Shown: positions 52,572-63,989 of the stretch, piece by piece
Position numbering within the stretch: the stretch's first letter is position 1
How the letters are laid out: every line of letters starts with the position of its first letter
Assembly (NCBI RefSeq): GCF_001262505.1
Contig: NZ_KQ410724.1
Location: forward strand, 320,848-384,847
DNA: 64,000 nt
DNA from: Shinella sp. SUS2
GTDB taxonomy: Bacteria; Pseudomonadota; Alphaproteobacteria; Rhizobiales; Rhizobiaceae
Reading direction: 5' to 3'
Program-made: the position numbers and the translations under genes
The notes under the pieces: model-generated
The model's database searches: none
What the model was told of the DNA's origin: nothing
Seen by the model: the letters and a program-made list of their open reading frames with translations, nothing else

Positions 52572-53703
52572 ATGCGCGCGGAAATCGAGAACGTCGTCGA
52601 CGAAATCAAGCAGGCCATAAGCCTGCTGAGGAGGCATCTTTGACTGGGATCAGGCGGTAAGACGACTGGACTGGTTGAACAACAAGGCAGAGGACCCGAA
52701 CCTCTGGAACGATGCCCAGGAAGCCCAGAAGCTGATGCGCGAGCGCCAGCAGCTGGACGAGGGTATCAATGGCGTCAAGGCCATCGAGCAGCAGCTCAAG
52801 GACAATATCGAACTCATCGAGCTTGGTGAGGAAGAGGGCGATGCTGCGATCGTCAAGGAAGCCGAGGACGCCCTGAAGGCTGTCCGCACCGAGGCCACGC
52901 GCAAGCAGGTCGAGGCGATGCTGTCAGGCGAAGCCGACGGCAACGATACCTATCTCGAAGTACACTCCGGCGCCGGCGGTACGGAAAGCCAGGACTGGGC
53001 CAACATGCTTCTGCGCATGTACACCCGCTGGGCCGAGCGCTCGGGCTACAAGGTGGAACTCCTGGAAGTCCATGACGGCGAAGAAGCGGGCATCAAGTCC
53101 GCGACGATGCTCGTCAAGGGCCACAATGCCTATGGCTGGCTGAAGACCGAATCGGGCGTGCACCGCCTGGTCCGTATCTCGCCCTATGACAGCAACGCGC
53201 GCCGCCACACCTCGTTCTCGTCCATCTGGGTCTATCCGGTGATCGACGATTCGATCACCATCGACATCAACGAGAGTGATTGCCGCATCGACACCTACCG
53301 CTCGTCGGGCGCTGGCGGCCAGCACGTCAACACGACGGATTCGGCGGTGCGCATCACGCACATCCCGACCGGCATCGTGGTTGCCTGCCAGCAGGAACGC
53401 TCGCAGCACAAGAACCGTGCCAAGGCCTGGGACATGCTGCGCGCCCGTCTCTACGAGGCGGAGCTGAAGAAGCGCGAGGAAGCTGCCAACGCCGAAGCCG
53501 CATCCAAGTCGGATATCGGCTGGGGCCACCAGATCCGCTCCTACGTCCTCCAGCCCTACCAGCTGGTCAAGGACCTGCGCACCGGCGTTGAAAGCACCGC
53601 TCCCTCGGATGTGCTCGACGGCGAGCTCAACGAATTCATGGAAGCCGCACTCGCCCACCGTGTCAACGGTGGCGCCGATTCGGTGGTGGATGACTTGAAC
53701 TAA
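52572..53703 (+). CDS. prfB: Peptide chain release factor 2, requiring a programmed +1 frameshift at CTT TGA C (52638-52644)
   Basis: Frame-0 [23 protein letters not shown] ends at an in-frame TGA. It is preceded by the SD-like AGGAGG 3 nt upstream of CTT, and the +1 frame continues LDWDQAV...SPF...[13 protein letters not shown]. The ORF track only shows the downstream part. Confidence 0.93.
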
Positions 53704-53832
53704 TTCTCATTCAAAGACGAAATGGAAACGGGCGCCGCGGCGCCCGTTTTTCGTTCATCTACCCACAACCTCTCCTCGTCGCACTCGGCGCAAGCTCGAG
53801 GATGACGAGGAGAGGGGACAGGGCAGCCGTTC

Positions 53833-54339
53833 TCAATTGGTCGCACGCTCGATCTTGATCTCGCCGAGATCGTCGATCAGGACCGTCCAGCTCTCGGGTT
53901 CCGCCGCCTTCGGATCGGTCTTCAGATAGACGGTCGCGAACAGCCCCGGCTGCGTGGTGATCCCCGACGAGTTTTCCGGTCGGATGTCGGTGACATAGGG
54001 TTTCATCGCCGAGAACTCCTCCAGCACGGTGGAGGAGGCGATCTTCGGGCCGTTGGCGGTCGCCTCGATCTGCTGGAGATGGACCTGTGCCGTGCCATCC
54101 GGCTGGCGCACTGCGATCAGCTTGTAGTAGCCGCGGCGCAGGGCGGCAGGCGCCTTCGCTTCGGCCGTCTCAGGCTTTGCCGCGGCCGCATCCTCCGCGC
54201 CATCCTCTGCCTGCTCTTCCCAGAAACCGGTGCTGACGACGAAGGTGATGGTTTCCGCCACCGGTGGTTCCTGGCCAAGGGCAGGGGATCCGGCGAGGAG
54301 AAGCAAGGCGAGGGCGGTGGCAAGTGCGTGCCGCGTCAT
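53833..54339 (-). CDS. Hypothetical exported protein
   Basis: Signal peptide MTRHALATALALLLLAGSPALG. No recognised motif. Confidence 0.55.
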   Translation of the reverse strand: MTRHALATALALLLLAGSPALGQEPPVAETITFVVSTGFWEEQAEDGAEDAAAAKPETAEAKAPAALRRGYYKLIAVRQPDGTAQVHLQQIEATANGPKIASSTVLEEFSAMKPYVTDIRPENSSGITTQPGLFATVYLKTDPKAAEPESWTVLIDDLGEIKIERATN

Positions 54340-54373
54340 GGCGAAACTCCTGTCCCTGGTCTGGTGAACCTTG

Positions 54374-55147
54374 TCAGTAGTCGAACTGTTCGGCGAGAAT
54401 CCGGTCGGACCAGGAATGATCGGGATCGGAGAGGATGCGGGCCGAAAGCCCGGCCGATTCGGCGATGCGTACCGACGTGACGGATTTGACCTCGGTATTG
54501 TCGGCGACCGCGTTGACCGGACGCTTCTCCGCTTCCAGGACCTCGATCTCCACTTTCACCTTGTTCGGCAGCAGCGCACCGCGCCAGCGCCGTGGCCGGA
54601 AGGCGCTGACCGGTGTCAGCGCCAGCAGCGGTGCCTCCAGCGGCAGGATCGGCCCATGGGCGGAGAGGTTGTAGGCCGTCGAGCCGGCAGGCGTGGCAAG
54701 CAGGAGCCCGTCGCAAATCAGTTCCTCCAGCCGCACGCGCCCGTCGATGCTGACCCTCAGCTTCGCCGCCTGGTAGGATTGGCGAAAGAGATAGACCTCG
54801 TTGATGGCAAGCGCCCGGCGCTCCTGGCCGCTCGCATCGCTGGTGACCATTTCCAGCGGCCGGAAAGCGTTCTCTACCGCGCCCTCGACACGATCGGGCA
54901 GGTCCGCCGGATCGTAGCGGTTCATCAGGAAACCGATGGAGCCGCGGTTCATGCCGTAGACGCGCTTGCCCGAATTCATCGTGGTGTGCAGCGTCTGCAG
55001 CATGAAACCGTCACCGCCGAGCGCGACGATGACGTCGGCCTCTTCCGGATCGGCATTGCCGTAGATCGAAATCAGTTCGTTGCGCGCGTCCTGCGCTTCG
55101 GCTGCCTGCGAGGCGACGAAGGAGAGGGAATTGAAATTACGCGCCAT
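54374..55147 (-). CDS. nadK: NAD kinase
   Basis: GGDGFML and NRGSIGFL motifs, plus a DGLLLATPAGSTAYNLSA segment. Confidence 0.92.
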   Translation of the reverse strand: MARNFNSLSFVASQAAEAQDARNELISIYGNADPEEADVIVALGGDGFMLQTLHTTMNSGKRVYGMNRGSIGFLMNRYDPADLPDRVEGAVENAFRPLEMVTSDASGQERRALAINEVYLFRQSYQAAKLRVSIDGRVRLEELICDGLLLATPAGSTAYNLSAHGPILPLEAPLLALTPVSAFRPRRWRGALLPNKVKVEIEVLEAEKRPVNAVADNTEVKSVTSVRIAESAGLSARILSDPDHSWSDRILAEQFDY

Positions 55148-55271
55148 GCCACCGATCCGCATCCTCGAAGCAAGCCCTGCTGTGTGCTGCACACAGGGCC
55201 GGTCTTTGTCGCATGCCTTTACGGCACGCGCATCTGAAAAATATGACAGAACGTCGTGAGGGCGGAAGCGC

Positions 55272-55466
55272 TCAGGCCTTCGCCGCTCCCGCCCGCTCTT
55301 CCAGCTTTTTCAGCACGGCCTGCCCGTTGGCCGCCGCTTCCATCGGATTGCCGAACGGCCCCTTCACCGGATAGGTGACGCCGCGAAAGGTGAGGGCGTA
55401 GAAGTACTTCCCGTCGATCCGCTTTTCGACCACCACCTTCGAAATCGGTCCCTTGTCTTCCGCCAC
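55272..55466 (-). CDS. Putative small protein (64 aa), unknown function
   Basis: GTG start with GGAGGAA SD 5 nt upstream. Coding-like codon usage. No family recognised. Confidence 0.4.
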   Translation of the reverse strand: MAEDKGPISKVVVEKRIDGKYFYALTFRGVTYPVKGPFGNPMEAAANGQAVLKKLEERAGAAKA

Positions 55467-55781
55467 CTTCGTTCCTCCACCATGGGTCTCGCAGGGCAGC
55501 CGATGCCGGCCGCCGCCGCAAAACGGGAATGCGGGCGCCCGAGGCGCCCGTCGATCAATCGCCTATAGGCCAGTCCATGCTGGACGGCAATGTGGAAGGT
55601 GGCGGAGCGAAGCGTGCGCCGCTGGAATCACAAAAGCGGAGGGCAGGCTGCGAGAACGACATGCGGAAAGTCGCAAAAGGGCGCGGAGAATTTGAGGGCT
55701 GCGTTGAACGACGAGCAACCAACCGGTCCGGTTAGCGCAAGAAAACGCTATTCTTTCGTCATGTCTGCGCTTTTGGAAAAA

Positions 55782-55857
<76 letters not shown>

Positions 55858-55910
55858 ACTCAGCGAGGGAGTTAGCATATTCTCCGCCGCTGTAAAGGGA
55901 AAAGGCGGCT

Positions 55911-56858
55911 TCAGATCGACCAGTTGCTGTCGAGGGCGGTTCTGGGGATGATTTCCTGGCAGCGCACCATCGAGCGGGGCAGGTTTTCGGCGAGGTGATC
56001 GATGAGGGCGCGCACGGCCGGCAGCATGCCGTGGCGCGAGGTGAAAACGGCGTGCACGGTCGATTCTGCGCTGGTCCATTCCGGCAGGACCGGTGTCAGG
56101 AAGCCGCTGCGGAAGCCGCGTTCGACGATCATGTCGGGCAAGAGGGCAAGGCCGATGCCTTCGATCGTCGCCCGCTCCAGCACGCTGAAATCCGAGCAGA
56201 GCAGCACGGGGGAATGGGAGACGTCGTGGACCTCGCCGTTCTCGTGAAAGAGTGTCCAGATCGCCCGCGGGCTGTTTTCCTGCATGGAGAGCGTGGGTAC
56301 GCGGCCGATCGTCTCGAGATCGACCGGGCCGTGCTGCTCCAGAAAGCGCGGGCTTGCAGCAAGATAGCGCCGCGTGCCGGCAAAGCGGCGCACGATCAGC
56401 GACTGGTCCGTGTCGTAGCCGTCGCGCACGCGCAGGGCGATATCGATGCGCTCCTCGATGAGATCGACCGCGCGGCCGGTGGTGAGGATGGAGAGGCGGA
56501 CGCCGGGATAGCGCTTCATGAAACCCGGCAGCACGTCGGCCACCATGGGGGCAAAACCCGGCGGCATCGACAGGCGCACGGTGCCTGCCGGTTCCGCCTT
56601 GGCGACTGCGATCACGGCCTCGGCCGCCTCCACGCCGGAGAGCACGGCCTCGCAGCGCTCATAGAAGGACTGGCCGATATCGGTGATGGCGAGCTTGCGG
56701 GTGGAGCGCTCGATGAGGCGCACGCCGAGCTGTTCCTCCAGCGCCGCAATGCGCTTGCTGATCTTGGACTTGGGTACGGACAGGGCGTTCGCCGCGGCGG
56801 TAAAGCCCTTGTGGCGCACCACGGCGGCGTAGAGCGCGAGATCGTTCAGGTCCTGCAT
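55911..56858 (-). CDS. LysR family transcriptional regulator
   Basis: N-terminal HTH (LNDLALYAAVVRHKGFTAAANALSVPKSKISKRI). Diverges from azoR. Confidence 0.9.
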   Translation of the reverse strand: MQDLNDLALYAAVVRHKGFTAAANALSVPKSKISKRIAALEEQLGVRLIERSTRKLAITDIGQSFYERCEAVLSGVEAAEAVIAVAKAEPAGTVRLSMPPGFAPMVADVLPGFMKRYPGVRLSILTTGRAVDLIEERIDIALRVRDGYDTDQSLIVRRFAGTRRYLAASPRFLEQHGPVDLETIGRVPTLSMQENSPRAIWTLFHENGEVHDVSHSPVLLCSDFSVLERATIEGIGLALLPDMIVERGFRSGFLTPVLPEWTSAESTVHAVFTSRHGMLPAVRALIDHLAENLPRSMVRCQEIIPRTALDSNWSI

Positions 56859-56989
56859 GGGCGTCTCCAGGCGATTTTGCGAATTATTGTTTCCTCAGTG
56901 AAACAGTCAATTGGATTTTTGCTGTCTAATCGCGTGATTGTTTTCGGAACATATGTATCGCACCCAAACCGCAACCAAGGTGCTGATCC

Positions 56990-57613
56990 ATGAACATCCT
57001 CCATATCGATTCCGGCATTCTCGGCGATCATTCCGTCTCCCGCCGCCTGACGGCCGCCGTTGCCGCCCAGATCAAGGCCGAACAGCCTGCCGCCACCATC
57101 ACCTACCGCGATCTCGTCGCCAATCCGCTGCCGCACCTGTCCGGTGCGCATCTGATGGCCGCCAATGCCAAGCCGGAAGAGCTCGACGCACAGATCGCCG
57201 CCGACGTCGCCGAAAGCAAGATCGTGCTCGACGAGTTCCTCGCGGCCGACACGGTCATTCTCGGCGTGCCCATGTACAACTTCTCCCTGCCCAGCCAGCT
57301 GAAGGCCTGGATCGACCGCGTTGCCGTCGCCGGCAAGACCTTCCGCTACACGGCCGAGGGGCCGGAAGGCCTCGCCAAGGGCAAGAAGGTCATCATCGTC
57401 TCCACCCGCGGCGGCCACTACTCCGCCGGTCCGGCCGCCGCCATGGACCACCAGGAAAGCTACCTGAAGGTCGTGCTCGGCTTCTTCGGCATCACGGATG
57501 TCGAGGTGGTGCGTGCCGAAGGCCTGAACCTCAGCCCCGATTCGAAGATCGAGGCGATTTCCGAAGCCGAGCGCACCATCAACGGTCGCGGCGTGCTGAA
57601 GCTTGCCAGCTAG
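56990..57613 (+). CDS. azoR: FMN-dependent NADH-azoreductase
   Basis: MNILHIDSGILGDHSVSRRL; flavodoxin-like AzoR family. Confidence 0.85.
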   Translation: MNILHIDSGILGDHSVSRRLTAAVAAQIKAEQPAATITYRDLVANPLPHLSGAHLMAANAKPEELDAQIAADVAESKIVLDEFLAADTVILGVPMYNFSLPSQLKAWIDRVAVAGKTFRYTAEGPEGLAKGKKVIIVSTRGGHYSAGPAAAMDHQESYLKVVLGFFGITDVEVVRAEGLNLSPDSKIEAISEAERTINGRGVLKLAS

Positions 57614-57626
57614 GCGCTGCCCTCCG

Positions 57627-57673
57627 AAACGCAAAAGGCCCGCCGGTGAAAGCCGGCGGGCCTTTTCGTTTGT
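57627..57673 (+). terminator. Bidirectional rho-independent terminator between azoR and rlmB
   Basis: GGCCCGCCGG-tgaaa-GCCGGCGGGCC followed by TTTTCGTTT, with an A-run on the other side. Confidence 0.75.
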
Positions 57674-57684
57674 CAGCGGCCGGT

Positions 57685-58560
57685 TCAGCCCAGAAGGTGC
57701 CGCTGTGTGGCGTAAAGCGCGATCGCCGCGGCGTTCGAGACGTTGAGCGACTTGATTGCGCCGGGCATATCGAGCCGGGCGAGCGCCTTGCAGGTGGCGC
57801 GCGTCTTCTGCCGCAGGCCCTTGCCCTCCGCGCCCATGACGAGGGCGATGCGATCGCCCGAAAGCGTGCCCTCCAGCGGTTCCGGGCCTTCCGAATCGAG
57901 GCCGATCGTCAGGAAACCGAGCTTGTGCAGCTCGTCCAGCGCGTCGGCGAGGTTGGTGATCTGGATATAGGGAATGAGCTCCAGCGCGCCCGAGGCCGTC
58001 TTGGCGAGCACGCCCGATTCGGTCGGCGAGTGGCGCTGCGTCGTGATGACCGCGCCGGCATTGAAGGCGACGGCCGAACGCATGATGGCGCCGACATTGT
58101 GCGGGTCCGTCACCTGGTCGAGCACCAGCAGCAGCGGACTGTCCTTCAGCGCTTCCAGCCGCCGGACGGGCAGGGGGCGCGTCTCCAGCATGACGCCCTG
58201 ATGGATCGCATCGGGGCCGAGCACCTTGTCGAGGTCGGACGGCAGCACGGTTTCGACCGGATAGGGCAGGGTGGAGATATCGGGCAGCTCCAGCCGCTGG
58301 GCGGCGTTCTGGCTCACCGAAAGCTTGATGATCTTCCGTTCCGGATTGTCCAGCGCGGCGCGCACCGTGTGCAGGCCGTAGAGGTAGACCTGGTCGGGTG
58401 AAGCCGCCGGGGCCTTCCAGCCCTCCGCCGGCTTGCGACGACGGTCGTCCCGGGGTGTCGGAATCTCGCCGCGCTCGCGCCGCTGGTCGCGATGCGCCCG
58501 GCGCAATTTGGCATAGTGGGTGTCTTTTGCGGATTTGCCGCCGGTATCGTCTTTGCTCAT
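57685..58560 (-). CDS. rlmB: 23S rRNA (guanosine-2'-O)-methyltransferase RlmB (SpoU/TrmH family)
   Basis: SpoU motifs (LVLDQVTDPHNVGAIMRSA, ALVMGAEGKGLR, LNVSNAAAIALY). Confidence 0.9.
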   Translation of the reverse strand: MSKDDTGGKSAKDTHYAKLRRAHRDQRRERGEIPTPRDDRRRKPAEGWKAPAASPDQVYLYGLHTVRAALDNPERKIIKLSVSQNAAQRLELPDISTLPYPVETVLPSDLDKVLGPDAIHQGVMLETRPLPVRRLEALKDSPLLLVLDQVTDPHNVGAIMRSAVAFNAGAVITTQRHSPTESGVLAKTASGALELIPYIQITNLADALDELHKLGFLTIGLDSEGPEPLEGTLSGDRIALVMGAEGKGLRQKTRATCKALARLDMPGAIKSLNVSNAAAIALYATQRHLLG

Positions 58561-58856
58561 GCGGCCTTATAGACCAAGTCGCAGCGAAGTGTGCAGCGGT
58601 TTTGCACAAGGGACGGGCGAAAAACAGAAAAACATCGGCCGGAGGGCGGGATGCTCCGCTTCCGGCGGAGTGCCGGCGGCTTGCGAACCGTGCCGGCCCA
58701 CCGCCGATTGGGGACGATGACGTTTTTCGCAATTTTTTCCGTGGCCTCGTGTTGACAGGACGATTTGTGCCCGTCATATACGCCGCCAGATCGAAGGCGC
58801 CGCCCACAAGGCACTGCCCGCCGGTCGACACTGGTCGCTTGATCCCGACGGAATAT

Positions 58857-58941
58857 GGAGGGATGCCCGAGTGGTTAAAGGGGACGGACTGTAAATCCGT
58901 TGGCTCAGCCTACGTTGGTTCAAATCCAACTCCCTCCACCA
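58857..58941 (+). tRNA. tRNA-Tyr(GTA)
   Basis: Acceptor GGAGGGA/TCCCTCC, anticodon loop CTGTAAA, long variable arm, ACCA 3' end. Confidence 0.9.
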
Positions 58942-58966
58942 TTGCGTTGCACGGATCAAGACCCCC

Positions 58967-59040
58967 GCGGGTATAGCTCAATGGTAGAGCAGCAGCCTTC
59001 CAAGCTGAATACGCGGGTTCGATTCCCGCTACCCGCTCCA
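58967..59040 (+). tRNA. tRNA-Gly(TCC)
   Basis: Acceptor GCGGGTA/TACCCGC, anticodon loop CTTCCAA, T arm GCGGGTTCGATTCCCGC, CCA end. Confidence 0.9.
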
Positions 59041-59107
59041 AAAAATCCATTACTTTACGGGTTTGCGCAGGTCATCTCTTTTGGTTGGCCGACAAGGCCG
59101 ATTCGCT

Positions 59108-59665
59108 CTAGCCGCGTTCCAGATAGATCTGGCAGTTCTGCCGGTTGGCTTTCCCGGTGATCGTATTGCCGTCGATTTTGACCACGTAGTCGTAGGTATC
59201 CGGTCGCGCGGTAACGATGGCATAGGTGTTTGGAGTATCCTCCGCCGCCATCGGGCTGATCTGAGCCTCGTCGGTTCCTCTCGCTGCACCGCTATAGGCC
59301 CATTTCCCCTTGCCGACCCGGCCGAACTGTTCGTCGACGGAGAAGGTGATTGTGAACTGCCGCCGCCCGCAGGCGACGTTGCCCAGCCACATGCCGATGA
59401 GATCGGTTTTGCCGGCCGGTGCCCCCTCTTGCGGTGCCGCGTCGCGCAGGTTCGAAATTTCGGTCTCGAGCTCGCGAATGATGGCGCGCAACCGGTCGAT
59501 TTCCTGCTGGTCATCGTCGTGACCCGTCCGTGGACCGCTTGGACCGCTTGCATCGAAATCCTGCGTGGAAGCCGGCATCGGTGCTATCCCGACAAGCAGA
59601 AGCGCGATGAGGCAGAGAGGCGGGGAGGATGCTCGTTTCAAGGTGGAACACACGCGGATTCGCAC
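59108..59665 (-). CDS. Hypothetical exported protein with a coiled-coil segment
   Basis: Signal peptide and a helical IDRLRAIIRELETEISNLRD stretch. Inserted between tRNA-Gly and tuf. Confidence 0.5.
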   Translation of the reverse strand: MRIRVCSTLKRASSPPLCLIALLLVGIAPMPASTQDFDASGPSGPRTGHDDDQQEIDRLRAIIRELETEISNLRDAAPQEGAPAGKTDLIGMWLGNVACGRRQFTITFSVDEQFGRVGKGKWAYSGAARGTDEAQISPMAAEDTPNTYAIVTARPDTYDYVVKIDGNTITGKANRQNCQIYLERG

Positions 59666-59719
59666 GGAGATCCTCCAAGTTAAAGTCGTGGCTTTTCTTT
59701 TTTCTCAGGTGCCCTGCTT

Positions 59720-60376
59720 CTAGAGAAACCAGTCGGCGCTCACGTCGGTCATGTCGGTGCCGCGGAGCGTGATAGTGCCGCCGCCGGAAAGGTTCAGCAC
59801 AGCGAAGCCGCTCTTGTCTTCGGTGGCGGTGAAGGTTTGCCCGCGCAGATCGATGAGGTCGGTCCCATCCTTGAAGTCGCGGATCGTGTCGTCGCCCTCC
59901 GCCTTGCCGAACACGAAGGTGTCGATACCCGTACCACCGGCAAGGGCATCGTCGCCCTGGCCGCCTCTGAGGGCGTCCTTTCCGCTTCCACCCGACAATG
60001 TATCCGCTCCTCTGTCGCCGAAGAGCTTGTCGTCCCCGGCGTCGCCGGAGACGGTGTCGTTGCCTGCGCCGCCCTCGACCTTGTCCGCGTCTGCACCGCC
60101 GGCCAGTTTGTCGTTTCCGGCGTCGCCCTTGATCTTGTCTTCGCCCTTGCCGCCCTTGATGCTGTCGTTGCCGGCCTCCCCACGCAAGGTATCCGCGCCG
60201 CTGCCGCCATCGATGCTGTCGTTTCCTTTTCGGCCTTTCACGACGTCGTCACCGCCAAGGGCGCGGATAATGTCGTCATTGTCGCCGCCGTTCAGCTTGT
60301 CCGCACGGTCCGTGCCTTGAATATTCCTGCCCTTCGCCCAGGCAAGGTCCATGGCCTCGCTCCACATCATCGCCAT
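59720..60376 (-). CDS. RTX-type calcium-binding repeat protein (hemolysin-type GGxGxDxUx nonapeptide repeats)
   Basis: About 14 tandem GxxGxD nonapeptide repeats (GGSGADTLRGEAGNDSIKGGKGEDKIKGDAGNDKL...). No N-terminal signal peptide, consistent with a type I secretion substrate. Confidence 0.8.
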   Translation of the reverse strand: MAMMWSEAMDLAWAKGRNIQGTDRADKLNGGDNDDIIRALGGDDVVKGRKGNDSIDGGSGADTLRGEAGNDSIKGGKGEDKIKGDAGNDKLAGGADADKVEGGAGNDTVSGDAGDDKLFGDRGADTLSGGSGKDALRGGQGDDALAGGTGIDTFVFGKAEGDDTIRDFKDGTDLIDLRGQTFTATEDKSGFAVLNLSGGGTITLRGTDMTDVSADWFL

Positions 60377-60808
60377 CGTCTCCTCTCGGTGGTTGAGAAT
60401 GAGCCGCTGAATCTAGAGCACGCGTCCTGGGGGAACGCAGTCAAGCAAAGGGAGTGGCGGCGGCATCCGTTCGGCGTAGGAGCGGCGCGGAGATGCTTGG
60501 GAAACGGGATTGTTTGGGTGAAATCCCGCTGTAAGAGGCAAGGCATCGCCCAGGTTGGGGCTGAGGAGCAATGCGGGAGCGAAGCGAACGTGCTTCCCTT
60601 CGAGTGGTCAACGCATGCAGCTCCCCTAAGGCCCTGCCTTGAAAAAGCGATTCCGCGTCATGATCTAAGGGCTATCCGGCTTCCCCCAGCCCGTTTCCGG
60701 CGGATTTTCCCGTGCATTTAGCGCTTGCGCATTCGTTGCGAAAGCCTTAAACGCCTGCCAAACCGGACGGGCCGGTTAGCCCAACTTTCGTTCAGTAGGA
60801 ATAAAAAC

Positions 60809-61984
<1,176 letters not shown>

Positions 61985-61989
61985 GCTTC

Positions 61990-62040
61990 GGGTCTCAGAC
62001 CTGGTGAGAGCCCCGCGGGAAACCGCGGGGCTTTTTGTTT
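61990..62040 (+). terminator. tuf rho-independent terminator
   Basis: GAGAGCCCCGCGG-gaaa-CCGCGGGGCTTTTTGTTTG. Confidence 0.8.
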
Positions 62041-62342
62041 GTGTCGTATGAGTGGGCGGATTTGCCCCTCACCCTAACCCTCTCCCCGCAGGCGGGGAGA
62101 GGGGACACGGCCCGCGAACGCTCGCTGGTTGGGGGGAGCCGGCGCGGCCTGTGTCCTTCGCCCCGTTTGCGGGAAGAAGGTGGCCGGCAGGCCGGATGAC
62201 GGGCCTGTACTCCTCTCGCCGGGATAAGCACTGATTTGTTGTAAAAAATGCATTTTTCGGGCTTGCCAAGTCGGCCCCCGCGCCGTAAAGACGCCATGCC
62301 TTGCCGGTAACGGGCGGTTCGCTTCGGATGCGGCAGGCGTAT

Positions 62343-62418
<76 letters not shown>

Positions 62419-62609
62419 TTCTCGCCGGACAGCGCGGACGACTTGCAGCGACGGGGACGGATGGCGTGACGGTGTTTTCCGTCATAATTCGTTAAAAGTC
62501 CGGTTGCCTCTTGTTAAAAAGAGAATCGGGCTTTATGTAGGGCAAAACAGACACGCGGTGCGTGGGGCTGATAGTTCAGCTTTACGTGCCGTAATGGCGT
62601 GGACATTCA

Positions 62610-62810
62610 ATGGCATCGAAAACGAATCCGATTGCGTTTCTGCAGCAGGTACGCTCCGAGACGGCGAAAGTGACTTGGCCCTCGCGGCGCGAGACGATGA
62701 TCTCGACCGTCATGGTTTTTGTCATGGTCTTCCTGGCTGCAGTGTTCTTCTTCGCTGCGGACCAGCTGATGGGCTGGCTGATTGGCCTCGTCCTCAGCGC
62801 CAGCGCCTGA
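62610..62810 (+). CDS. secE: Preprotein translocase subunit SecE
   Basis: 66 aa with a single TM helix, sitting directly upstream of nusG. Confidence 0.9.
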   Translation: MASKTNPIAFLQQVRSETAKVTWPSRRETMISTVMVFVMVFLAAVFFFAADQLMGWLIGLVLSASA

Positions 62811-62826
62811 TTGGTTGGAGATGAAC

Positions 62827-63357
62827 ATGGCTTCCCGTTGGTACATCGTCCACGCCTATTCGAATTTCGAGAAGAAGGTCGCTGAGGACATCGAGAACAA
62901 GGCGCGTCAGAAGGGCCTTGATCATCTGTTCGAAAAGATTCTCGTGCCGACCGAAAAGGTCGTCGAGGTGCGTCGCGGCCGCAAGGTCGATGCCGAACGC
63001 AAGTTCTTCCCCGGCTACGTGCTGGTGCGGGCGAACCTGACGGACGAAGCGTATCACCTCATCAAGAATACGCCGAAGGTCACGGGTTTCCTCGGTTCCG
63101 ACAACAAGCCGGTTCCGATCCCGGACAGTGAGGCCGAGCGCATCCTGTCGCAGGTCCAAGACGGTGTGGATCGTCCCAAGCCTTCGGTCTCGTTCGAGAT
63201 CGGCGAGCAGGTCCGCGTTTCCGACGGCCCGTTCGCCTCGTTCAACGGCACCGTGCAGGATGTCGACGAGGAGCGGTCGCGCCTCAAGGTGGAAGTGTCG
63301 ATCTTCGGCCGCGCCACCCCGGTCGAGCTGGAATACGCCCAGGTCGAGAAAATCTGA
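62827..63357 (+). CDS. nusG: Transcription termination/antitermination factor NusG
   Basis: MASRWYIVHAYSNFEKKV NGN domain and a KOW domain (GEQVRVSDGPFASFNGTVQDVD). Confidence 0.95.
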   Translation: MASRWYIVHAYSNFEKKVAEDIENKARQKGLDHLFEKILVPTEKVVEVRRGRKVDAERKFFPGYVLVRANLTDEAYHLIKNTPKVTGFLGSDNKPVPIPDSEAERILSQVQDGVDRPKPSVSFEIGEQVRVSDGPFASFNGTVQDVDEERSRLKVEVSIFGRATPVELEYAQVEKI

Positions 63358-63557
63358 TTTTGGCGGGCGCTTCCGGGCGCCGCCCATTTGAAATCCAATT
63401 CTCTCACGAGGATTGGTGGCGGAAGTTTCCGCCAACCGCGTGGAAGGGAAGGCGGCCTTTAGCCGGGCGCCCGGACCGCACCACGCAACCGCAGCCGCCG
63501 ATCTTGCGATCGGCATCACGGGCCGGGCAACCGGCCGCATTCTGAAAGGCAGAGAAA

Positions 63558-63989
63558 ATGGCTAAGAAAGTTGCAGGCCAGCTCAAGCTTCAGGTCAAGG
63601 CAGGATCGGCAAACCCGTCCCCGCCGATCGGCCCGGCGCTTGGTCAGCGTGGTATTAACATCATGGAATTCTGCAAGTCGTTCAACGCAGCGACGCAGGA
63701 AATGGAAAAGGGTATGCCGATCCCGGTCGTCATCACCTATTACCAGGACAAGTCCTTCACGTTCGTGATGAAGCAGCCGCCGGTGACCTACTTCCTCAAG
63801 AAGGAAGCCAAGATCACCTCGGGCTCGAAGACCCCGGGCAAGGGCGCGACGGTCGGCAAGCTCACCAAGGCTCAGATCAAGTCGATCGCTGAAGCCAAGA
63901 TGAAGGATCTCAACGCCGCCGATATCGAAGGCGCGATGGCAATGGTCGAGGGTTCTGCCCGCGCCATGGGCCTGGAAGTGGTAGGTTAA
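63558..63989 (+). CDS. rplK: 50S ribosomal protein L11
   Basis: [40 protein letters not shown]. Confidence 0.97.
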   Translation: MAKKVAGQLKLQVKAGSANPSPPIGPALGQRGINIMEFCKSFNAATQEMEKGMPIPVVITYYQDKSFTFVMKQPPVTYFLKKEAKITSGSKTPGKGATVGKLTKAQIKSIAEAKMKDLNAADIEGAMAMVEGSARAMGLEVVG

